Positions 20,685 through 29,249 of a stretch of 64,000 nucleotides of DNA are shown here, piece after piece (positions within the stretch are counted from its first letter, which is position 1; each line of letters opens with the position of its first letter). The stretch spans positions 165,520 through 229,519 of the forward strand of contig ADNK01000550.1 in assembly GCA_000320545.1 (NCBI GenBank), in the 5' to 3' direction. The DNA comes from Bigelowiella natans CCMP2755. Taxonomy: Eukaryota; Protista; Cercozoa. The notes below the pieces were generated by a model that made no database searches, was not told the origin of the DNA, and saw nothing but the letters and a program-made list of their open reading frames with translations. The position numbers were made by a program, and so were the translations under genes.

Positions 20685-20999
20685 TCAATTTTTAGATTTG
20701 GGCAGCACACAGCGCTTCTCATTGTCGAGTGCAAACATGACAGGGCCTTTCGAGTCGAAGGAAACGAAATGTCCTCCTCTCTCCATTTTCTTGTAGGTTT
20801 TGTTCAGGTCGTCTTGGGTGACTGTTGGAAGTGTGCAAAACCCGAAGCGGTCACTCCAAGTGTCCAAGAAGAGACCAGTCAACGATTTCTTTTTTTTGTC
20901 AGAAAGGGAGTAGAAAGGATCGAAGGTGGTGTTGGGTGGCAGACGAAAACCTCCAAAATTTTCACACCAATTGTTGAAAATTTCCGCATCGTGTCTCAT
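20685..20999 (-). CDS. Hypothetical protein, 104 aa
   Basis: Its ATG overlaps the TGA of the H3-tail ORF (ATGA). Confidence 0.5.
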   Translation of the reverse strand: MRHDAEIFNNWCENFGGFRLPPNTTFDPFYSLSDKKKKSLTGLFLDTWSDRFGFCTLPTVTQDDLNKTYKKMERGGHFVSFDSKGPVMFALDNEKRCVLPKSKN

Positions 21000-21211
21000 C
21001 CAATGTCTCGTTCATCATTTAGGAGTTTTGCCTCCAAAAGAAAAACGTTCAATTCAATGAAGGGTTTGCCAGTGATCTCGCTGAGAGGGCAAAAGCTTGG
21101 TGACACTTGATTGTATTTCTTGTTCTTTCCAGTGCGCCAACCCCGTGACGTTGGTCGCCGACCAACTAGTCCTCCAGTGGACTTGCGTGGGGTTTGTTTG
21201 GTGCGTGCCAT
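20996..21211 (-). CDS. Histone H3 N-terminal tail fused to unrelated sequence (71 aa)
   Basis: MARTKQTPRKSTGG followed by non-histone sequence; 38 of the first 42 nt are identical to the H3 gene at 21990; repeat A lies 33 nt upstream. Confidence 0.75.
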   Translation of the reverse strand: MARTKQTPRKSTGGLVGRRPTSRGWRTGKNKKYNQVSPSFCPLSEITGKPFIELNVFLLEAKLLNDERDIG

Positions 21212-21243
21212 TGTTTCTTTTTGATTGTTTAGGGTTTGAGGTG

Positions 21244-21307
21244 ATTTGGATTCTGATGAGAATGAGGAAGTGAGAAAGTGAGGATCGAGGCTCGGAGATT
21301 GCACGGG
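21244..21307 (-). promoter_or_regulatory. Repeat A copy 2
   Basis: Identical over 64 bp to the reverse complement of 23280-23343; three CACGTG boxes upstream (21311-21405). Confidence 0.7.
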
Positions 21308-21423
21308 GTAGCCACGTGGCTTTTTCAACCAAGCCACGTGATGTTGCTGGTTCGGCCATGTGACCCTCTTGCTTTGAATTGTTCCTTTTTTAGAAAGCCA
21401 CGTGGCTTTCTTGTCACGACGAA

Positions 21424-21510
21424 ATGCACGAGGCAGCGACGCGCCATTTGTGCAAAGCCGCTTCGAAACGGCGCCAAGGCGGGTTTTGGCGCGGCAACAC
21501 GTTGGCAATG
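21424..21510. repeat. Intergenic repeat B, copy 3 (shorter, more diverged)
   Basis: GCACGAGGCAGCGACGCGCCATT...CGCCAAGGCG...TTGGCAATG. Confidence 0.8.
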
Positions 21511-21573
21511 GACAGAGGGCTCACGGACAAAGTTTTGCGGTGATGAAAAATCAAACTTGGGTGCATGCAAGCA

Positions 21574-21990
21574 TCAGGCTCTCTCCCCGCGAATGCGGCG
21601 AGCAAGCTGAATGTCTTTGACCATGATTGTCACTCTTTTGGCGTGGATGGCGCAAAGATTGGTGTCCTCGAACAACGACACCAAGTAGGCCTCTGAGGCC
21701 TCCTGCAACGCCAAGATGGCGGCGCTCTGAAAACGGAGTCCTTCTTTGAAATCCTCGGCGATTTCCCTGCAAAGGCGCTGAAACGGCAGTTTGCGGATGA
21801 GGAGGTCGGTGGATTTCTGGTAGCGGCGGATCTGACGCAGGGCGACGGTTCCAGGGCGGTACCGATGAGGCTTCTTCACTCCTCCAGTGGCAGGTGCTGA
21901 TTTTCTGACTTTGGACGCTTTGGTGGCGAGCTGTTTGCGAGGAGCCTTTCCTCCAGTGGTTTTGCGTGCGGTCTGTTTGGTGCGTGCCAT
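21574..21990 (-). CDS. H3: Histone H3, divergent, intronless, 138 aa
   Basis: [73 protein letters not shown]...[33 protein letters not shown]. True ATG at 21990; the longer ORF in the track is upstream read-through. Confidence 0.97.
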   Translation of the reverse strand: MARTKQTARKTTGGKAPRKQLATKASKVRKSAPATGGVKKPHRYRPGTVALRQIRRYQKSTDLLIRKLPFQRLCREIAEDFKEGLRFQSAAILALQEASEAYLVSLFEDTNLCAIHAKRVTIMVKDIQLARRIRGERA

Positions 21991-22386
21991 GGTGAGCCAA
22001 GCAATGGTCGAGGGGTTTGAGTTGTGAGGACTTGAGCTGATGAGGGAGTGAGAGGCCGGGCCTTGGAATCCAAGTGAACGAGCCACGTGGCTTTTGACCA
22101 AAATCCACATGGCTTTGTTGGACGGGGTCACGTGGCATTTGTTCGAAGACCACGTGACCACAAGATCCGTTTTTCCCTTTTTTGGTCGTGTGACCTTGTT
22201 CAACAGGCCACGTGACTACCCCGCCCTGCTTCTGTTTTGACACCTGCAACCACGTGACCCGAACCCTGGTGAGCCACGTGGTCCACCCCCTTCAACTCCG
22301 AGGCCTGGACCCTCACTTCCTCATCTGCTCAAGTCCTCACAACTCAAACACCCGACAAACTTTGAACACCTTCGCCTCTGAACCTG
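21991..22386. promoter_or_regulatory. Putative bidirectional promoter with six CACGTG boxes between H3 and the acidic-protein gene
   Basis: CACGTG near 22084, 22130, 22151, 22209, 22251 and 22275; both arms carry a CTCACT(T/C)CCTCATC.GCTCAAGTCCTCACAACTCAAAC leader related to repeat A. Confidence 0.65.
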
Positions 22387-22962
22387 ATGCCACGTCCAAA
22401 ACCGAATAACCCAACCAAGAACCGCACCGTCAAAGATGACGCTCCGAAGCGCCAGTCATCACGCAACAGGAAGGCGCCACCCAAGTTCGACCCCTCCGCC
22501 GAAGAGACCACGCATGACCCTGCAATCAAACGTCAGAAGAGTGAAGGCGACGAAAAGAAGAGCCGTGACCCCCCCTCCCAAGTCGACGTTGATGATGCCG
22601 TGGAAACAGTCGCCGAGAACTCCCCAATGACCAAAGCTGACGTCAAGGAAAATTCCACCATCAATGGGGGCGATGATGATGAGAAAGTCGAAGAGAAGGA
22701 TGAAGAAGAGCGTGAAGAAGAGATGGATGATGAAGAGCATCATGATGAGGAGGAAGACGCCGAAGAGAAAGAGAAAAAGCGGCTTGCCAAGATCGCTCGT
22801 CAGCAGGCAAGGTTCGAGAAAATGTGGCATGTCGATGGCACGAAATTGCTTGAAGGAGGAAAACGCGTCAAAGGAGTCCGTGTGATGCCGGGCGGCAAAC
22901 TTGAAAACGTCTCCTGCTGGGGGCAAGAAACCACTGTGGTGAATTTTCACAAACACATTTGA
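22387..22962 (+). CDS. Hypothetical protein, 191 aa, with a basic N-terminus and a long Asp/Glu tract
   Basis: ATG ORF divergent from H3; RQSSRNRKAPPKFDP motif; DDDEKVEEKDEEEREEEMDDEEHHDEEEDAEE tract. Confidence 0.75.
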   Translation: MPRPKPNNPTKNRTVKDDAPKRQSSRNRKAPPKFDPSAEETTHDPAIKRQKSEGDEKKSRDPPSQVDVDDAVETVAENSPMTKADVKENSTINGGDDDEKVEEKDEEEREEEMDDEEHHDEEEDAEEKEKKRLAKIARQQARFEKMWHVDGTKLLEGGKRVKGVRVMPGGKLENVSCWGQETTVVNFHKHI

Positions 22963-23013
22963 ACGTTGAAATGTCAGTTTTTTTCATCAAGCTTTTCTGA
23001 TCTCAAACTTGAT

Positions 23014-23136
23014 GTGCATTGCCAACGTGCGCCACTTCGCAGCGCGGCACGGCGCGGCATTGCGCAACATTGCCTTTTCGTCGTTTTGAATGGCTTGGCA
23101 TCGATGGCGCCTGGCGCGTCGCTGCCTCGTGCATGG
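23014..23136. repeat. Intergenic repeat B, copy 4 (inverted)
   Basis: Reverse complement of copies 1-3; similarity to copy 2 extends to the AAGTTTG...AGAAAAGCTTG flank. Confidence 0.85.
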
Positions 23137-23279
23137 AGCAAAACGAACAAATTGTCTTCTTCGCATTTCGTTGTGACAGGAAGCCACGTGGCCTCTGGAA
23201 ACCAAAAATCAAAACTGAAAGGGTCACGTGGTTGGCAAAACCAGGTCACGTGGTTCGGTCGAAAAAGCCACGTGGCTTG

Positions 23280-23343
23280 CCCGTGCAATCTCCGAGCCTC
23301 GATCCTCACTTTCTCACTTCCTCATTCTCATCAGAATCCAAAT
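23280..23343 (+). promoter_or_regulatory. Repeat A copy 3
   Basis: CCCGTGCAATCTCCGAGCCTCGATCCTCACTTTCTCACTTCCTCATTCTCATCAGAATCCAAAT; four CACGTG boxes upstream (23185-23275); ATG 31 nt downstream. Confidence 0.7.
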
Positions 23344-23373
23344 CACCTCAAAGCCAGAAATCAAAAAGAAACA

Positions 23374-24468
23374 ATGCGAACCAAGACCCGGCACACAAAA
23401 TCAAAAACAATGCCAACCAAGACAAAATCAAATGGGCCCAGGATGAGATGCCAGACGAGTGAGACGGAGAAGAAAAATGTCACAGCTCGCATTCCACCAA
23501 CCATAAAAAACCAACTCAAAAATTTGGAGAAAGCAGCCAAGCACAGAGAATATTGCCCATGCGAGGGAAATTTCGAGGAATGTTGCGACAACCCAGCCAA
23601 CTACCCAGTGCAACGTCACGGGGTTGAGCGGAAATCAGTCAAGGACTTTGGCGGCAAAAAGGAGCTACAAAAAGTGGAGCGACGAAAAGCGATTTTGAAA
23701 AACCAAAAAAATGCCAGGACCACCGTGAAGGATTTCAACAGGATGATCAAATCACTGGAGAATTTGTTGGAAAAATTGAAGCAGTTCAGTGAAACAGTGG
23801 AAAAGGAGTACCTCCATTTCCGTGACCAACACAAAACGCCATGCGCGGACAAGAAAAAGTGCCATGCAGAGTGGGAGTTGTTCAAAAATGACCTGGAATT
23901 TGTCTCAACGAGGCTTTGGAACTTCAGTTACGTTCGTTTTCCACTCCACAAGGCCATGAAAAGGGTCGTGCACAAGATGAACAGGAGCATCAACCAAATA
24001 TCTTCTGATTCATTCAAAAGAAAGGTGATTCGAGAACTCAATGACGTCAAGGGATTCACCAAGATTTTCAGAAAAGGAGGCGACTTGCCAGAAACTCTAA
24101 ACATGTTGAAAGAGCACAAGGATGACATGAAGGCATTGTCAAAAGATTATGATTTGAAACCAGCCTCCATTGATCGCCACGAGAGTTTTTTGGGCATTTT
24201 TGAGGAACTTTGCAACATCGTGTTTGAGGTGTCAGGGGACTTGAGTGACACATTCAATGACATGACTTCAAAGCAGATTTTGAAAATTTCAGATGTCGTC
24301 AAAAACATTTATCTGGAATTGAACAAACCCCACAAATGGAATGATGGGGACGGACCTGATGGCGAGTCAGACTCACGTGATTCAGATGATTCTGGTTCTG
24401 AATTTGAGCGTTTTTATGACACTGATGATGATGACAATGATGAACGTTGTGATGATGTTAAACAATGA
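23374..24468 (+). CDS. Hypothetical helical protein (~364 aa from ATG 23374) with an acidic C-terminus
   Basis: Part of ORF 22966..24468; the upstream part of that ORF is read-through of the repeats; contains CPCEGNFEECC. Confidence 0.75.
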   Translation: MRTKTRHTKSKTMPTKTKSNGPRMRCQTSETEKKNVTARIPPTIKNQLKNLEKAAKHREYCPCEGNFEECCDNPANYPVQRHGVERKSVKDFGGKKELQKVERRKAILKNQKNARTTVKDFNRMIKSLENLLEKLKQFSETVEKEYLHFRDQHKTPCADKKKCHAEWELFKNDLEFVSTRLWNFSYVRFPLHKAMKRVVHKMNRSINQISSDSFKRKVIRELNDVKGFTKIFRKGGDLPETLNMLKEHKDDMKALSKDYDLKPASIDRHESFLGIFEELCNIVFEVSGDLSDTFNDMTSKQILKISDVVKNIYLELNKPHKWNDGDGPDGESDSRDSDDSGSEFERFYDTDDDDNDERCDDVKQ

Positions 24469-24783
24469 TGAAACATCTTTGAATTCTTACAAATCGAAAA
24501 CTTGATCATGTGAAAACTGTGCACATGTCTAAGAACATGCAAAAACATTGAAGCTTGCAATTTGCGATGTGGCAATGACTGAAAATGCATCGATCTCATG
24601 CAAAGATGTTGAATGGGGCGCAGAAGCATTCAATTGATTTCATCCGCGTGTGACTGCCAGTCGTTGCATGCATTTCAAATCGCACAATGATGCAACCGCT
24701 TGGAACATGGAGAAGACATGTTTGGTGCATGTGAGGAAACTGAGAACCTTTGCTTTGACTCAAATTTTCGAGCCATACTTATA

Positions 24784-24842
24784 ATAGACACAGCAATACA
24801 CTATATATAATATATATATTGTGTATTGCATGTCTATCATTG
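24784..24842. repeat. AT-centred hairpin, inverted relative of 25140-25198
   Basis: ATAGACACAGCAATACAC...GTGTATTGCATGTCTATCATTG. Confidence 0.7.
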
Positions 24843-25139
24843 TTGCAAACTCAAGATGCCAATGATGATGAACATGATGGATTGATAATTGCACGTGTGT
24901 GCACAATGTCAAGCCAAGCCGAAAGGAACACGCCACTTTTGCGTTCGCTCAAATAGCCATTTTCAGCAGCAATTTTGAAATGACCTGCTGCACCAGTATG
25001 CAAGCAAGTCTAGAAGTCTGATGCGATGACCCGCATATTCAAATTTAACACATTGCATTGATGCAAACGCACACATAGACATGAGCAAGACTGACGTTCA
25101 GAAAGTTTGTACGCATCGTAGTGTGAGCATGGGTGAGCT

Positions 25140-25198
25140 TGCAATGATAGACATGCAATACACTACATATATATTGTATTGCTGTGTCTATCATTGCA
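25140..25198. repeat. 59-bp hairpin with a perfect 14-bp terminal inverted repeat
   Basis: TGCAATGATAGACA ... TGTCTATCATTGCA, with an inner GCAATACA/TGTATTGC stem. Confidence 0.75.
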
Positions 25199-25485
25199 CG
25201 CCCTCGTCGGCCCAATGTTGGCATGCACTAGTGCATGCTGCCATCATGATGCTCGGCTGCCAACGCAACTAGGCAAGAGTGAGTACAAAGTGAACACATA
25301 TGAGCCATTTACGCGAAACATCCCCTAGATCATGCGCCAGCTGAGATCCCAATTTGTACAGATCGAATATGTCACCGCCTTCATCATGTTAGGGCTTCAT
25401 TCCACTTTTGCAGTCATGAAAACCAGATGTTGTTGAGAGACGGAATCATGATCGAGTGTAATGAAAACATTTTTTTCCAATGTAG

Positions 25486-26660
25486 TCATCCTAATGTAGC
25501 TGTGCAAGTGCACACATAAACTCGATGGAATGCACCGGAATTCGAATAGCTGTAAGGGCTTCCCACCTCACCAAGTGATGTTCGTAGGGTATTAATAAAG
25601 CTGTATAATAAGACTTGCTTAAACATCAGGGAGATCTTCGTTGCTAACGGGTTGTGCCCAATACAAAGCATCGCTAAAGGAAATATCGCGCTTTTCCCCC
25701 CTTTTTGATTCCTCATCAAAGGATGCATCAGAGACATATCTCGTCAAGGACTTTGTTACAAGATCAAAAGAGTGTACCCCGTCGTCGCATTTAAGCAATA
25801 ATTCGTAAGTTTTGGATGCAAATCTGAGTTGTGATACTGATGAAATATCTGCAGAACTGCCACTACCTTCTACATTATTTTCGTGGATGTATGCTGTTCC
25901 TGTATGTCATTAGAAAAAGATATTTGAGATTTAATATGTCTAAACTTTACGCAGCAGTTCGTAGTTCAATCAATATCCAATGTTTACCGAAAGGTAGATC
26001 GACAGTTAGCATCCCTGCTGCATCTTTTGATGTAGCTTTACCTACAGAAAAGACATTACTTCGCTCATCAGATCAATTTAATTGATTAGTCACCATCTCC
26101 ATATGTAGTCGTTACATCAGTCTCTTTCATGTTGATCTGAGTAAGTGTAGCAAAGAACAGAAGAACAGTGTTAGACTCATTTGATAAAATACATGCAATT
26201 CCTACTTTTGCACTTTGGGTTGGCATATAGCCTGTCCCGTATGGTAGAGCAACGTTCGCCATTCCATCATCTTTAAAAATATTCATGGCCAAATTTTCGG
26301 AATTCAGCGTGTAGCTAATTTGCCATTTATAAATCTGTGTTTGTGAAAGTCTCATCAAAATTACCTACACCCTTAAGATGACCAGATCCATAAGGAGTCT
26401 GGACAGTCTGTGTAATGAATATCACATCATCATAGATTTGGAAAAACATATTTCGATAACTAATATATTTGTGGCCATATATATTCTCAGAATGCATTTT
26501 GGATACATACCTTTTCTGTCTTCAACGGAGTAGAGTACAGTTGTTGTCCTGTTTTCCCATCAAGCAATTGCAGCACTTGTCCATCGTACAGAACAGCTTC
26601 CAAAGTTCCGTCTACCGAGGTTGTTTGCAGAACTGAAGGTGTCTGAGAACAGTCAATGCA
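25486..26660 (-). CDS. Probable multi-exon host gene of unknown function (boundaries approximate)
   Basis: Short open segments separated by GT..AG-bounded AT-rich gaps (e.g. ...GQQLYSTPLKTEK|gtatg; ...GSGHLKGV|gtaat; ORF 26086..26358). Confidence 0.35.
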
Positions 26661-27088
26661 AGATATTACTAATCAAAATCATAATATTTCGCAGTTCTTC
26701 TCTTTCTGCACTACCTTGCTTCGAAGAAATTGGGAAGCTTCGTGTAGACTTGTTTTGACTTCCTTCACCAGGTATTTAGCATATCTTTCCCGACTTCCGT
26801 GCTAGGTAAAGTTTCTTAATTAAAATTCTGAAATATGAAGCATGCGTAGCAGATTCATACCTTTTCTTTTCTTTTCGTTCGAAACTTTTCGTTTGTATCA
26901 AACTTAAAGACAGATAAGATTCATTATATCGACAATCACAAAGGGGTGACGTGATTGATTGAAGTGTAAAAGGCTATTTGTTGGTATCGTACTTTACTTA
27001 GCTTATTGTCTTTCCAACTCAATAATCGTTGCCTATGAGACATATTTAGGTCATCTTTGCACTGCGTTTTCCTTTAGTCCAACAACAA

Positions 27089-27831
27089 TTACTCAAAATC
27101 TTTCATGTCCTCGTCGCTAAGGAGCTTGCTCCCGTTTATCCTTATAATCTGGATATCAAACACGAGATCCGAGTTCGGAGGGATATCGGGTCCAGCACCT
27201 TCGGAACCATACGCAAGGTCACTGGGCAAGTTGATAATTGCTCTCTCCCCAAGTGACATTTGCAAGGCAGCCTCGTCCCATCCCTTTGTTAATAGCATTT
27301 TCATTGTAAACCTTTTGGGATGAACACACACCTATTTCTTCGAGTACCTTTATCACATCTCCTACTCCCACCTGATTTGTGAAAATAGAAAATAACGAAT
27401 TTGTAACAAACGAGGAGACAACATTCAAAATGCAAGGAATGCAAATTTGCAAAAAGACAAGAAACACCTTGAAATCAAAGGGCTGACCACGATTACGACT
27501 CGAGTCAAATTCTTTGTTGCCCTTCTTCAAAGTACCGGTGTAATGGACAGTGAGTAAATCTCCCTGAATTACATTATGTCAATTCACGTTCCTCACTAGT
27601 TTACCTTTTGGCACATCCTCCATTACCTTTGATGGATAGTGTTTTCCATCCCCAAATTCGAGAATCTATGACCATGTTAACTTTAGAACTAACATAAATT
27701 TTGACGCAGTAACTAAGACTCTAAAAAACTCGAATGAGATCACAGACCTTCTTTTGGATTCCAATGTTGTGCCAATCTTGGTTGTTGTTTTTGTCCTCAT
27801 TCATCGTTTGGTCCCTTTCGTATTTAGTCAT
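27089..27831 (-). CDS. FKBP-type peptidyl-prolyl cis-trans isomerase, spliced
   Basis: Exons assemble to ...GIQKK|[13 protein letters not shown]|[32 protein letters not shown]|VGVGDVIK|[47 protein letters not shown] with GT-AG introns; the 3' end may extend further. Confidence 0.9.
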
Positions 27832-29249
27832 CTTCTCAGCCAGTCCGTGAAGCATTGTTGCGCAACAAGTAAGATTGTTCTTGTGCAGATTTTAGTAGCC
27901 AACATTCGCAAATCTCAGCCGAATTTATCTTCGCGCCAACGCAATTAATCGGGAAAGAATGCTCATCTCAAGTTTTCCTGAGTTGGTGCTGCGATGTCGC
28001 TTGTCGTATGAGCAGACCTTTGGAAGATTTAGGGCAGTTTTGTTCCTGCGACTTGTTAATTTGCGCGATTGTGTCACGACAACTTGTCATTACGAACGAA
28101 TGCGTGAAGAGAAATGGACCAACGAAGGTGCTTTTGCAACACGAGCGGAACACCCGTGGTGAAAACCCCCCTCTCGCCTGTTTTGGGCACGTGGCGGCCG
28201 TTTCGACCTGAAAACACTTTGACATTCCAGCATTGACCGTGCACTATTCATCACTCCATCACAGAGACGCTGATCTGCAGCACCAGAGCACCGAGCAGAA
28301 GACTGGAAGAGACTGCACGACGAACAGGGGTGGAGGGTGCCAGGGTGGGAACAACCTGGCAATGCTGGAAGGATGGTCTTGACGTGGGACACAAGACCGC
28401 TGCATGAATGTGAACGTGCACAAACACCAGTCCAGCAGTCTAGCAGTGCTTCTTTCTGAACGTGCCATGGAGCATGCCAGCATGGCTGAATTGCCAAATT
28501 GGTCTGCTGACATGGCTCTGCAATCCTTTGCTTCACAGTTCTCGAGTCAGCACGCACGTGTCAAGCTGCAAACGACGCACGCACATCTTCTGGAAACGAA
28601 ATGCGTCTGGTGAGTCTTCCATCCTGGCATTCTAGCCATTGTCAAATTCACAAAGCTAGAAAGCTGTTGTGAACGGGTTCAAGCCAATCAGCAGTGTGAG
28701 TGACCGTACCACTCTAGCACTGGCGATTCAAAACGTGTTCCTTGCTCTCTGATCATCATGCATCAAAGGTTGGGGATTTTCCAGCTTTGATCAATTGTGA
28801 TCAGGATTGGGCGGTGTGCCAACCAACATGCAGAGCAAGCAAAGAGAACGAGGTTCGGAGCGCGCAGCATGCGGATTCGAGCAACACTGCAACGTAGCCT
28901 CGTAGATTGCTTTGCGTGTGACTGTGCAAGATGTCATGTCATGCAGATGACATTCTTACAGAACAAATAGTGAACTGAATGATGGATTAACTGTCACAAA
29001 GAGACCCAAGACATAGTAATTCTAACTGGTAAAAAAAAATTCTAATGTGTTCTAATGAATTTACAACTCCAAAATCGACTCCTCTGTATTGCTATGCACA
29101 TTATTTCAATTTAGCATGCACCATGCTAATGATGATTTCGACATTGAGGAATCCCACCGAATACTTCCACAACCGACTGTACTTTCTCATATATCTGTAC
29201 AAAAATAACGATGCTATTTTTATTTCCTGCCCAAAAAAATGCTGACACG

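Larger units (their letters stand above)
1..24468. mobile_element. Endogenous dsDNA virus-like island (Polinton-like/Nucleocytoviricota-related); left border outside the window, right border between ~24.47 and ~25.3 kb
   Basis: Densely packed long ORFs with no evident introns, in contrast to the spliced host genes to the right. Contains an rve-type DDE integrase, a D5-like SF3 helicase, an NCLDV-like membrane protein and many orphan ORFs. No capsid, packaging ATPase or polymerase recognised, so the class is uncertain. Confidence 0.75.

Noticed and set aside
20305-23462. Several ORFs with repeated ATWL/SHFLILIRIQ/SEPRSS peptides, and the N-terminal extensions of ORFs 19433, 20996, 21574 and 22966
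   Set aside because: Read-through of DNA repeats A and B in various frames. Strong ATG starts (MART, MPIK, MRTK) lie downstream.
1-25330. Polinton TIRs/6-bp TSD, capsid, pPolB, adenoviral-type protease or A32 ATPase genes
   Set aside because: None recognisable in the window, so the element is not called a Polinton or NCLDV outright.
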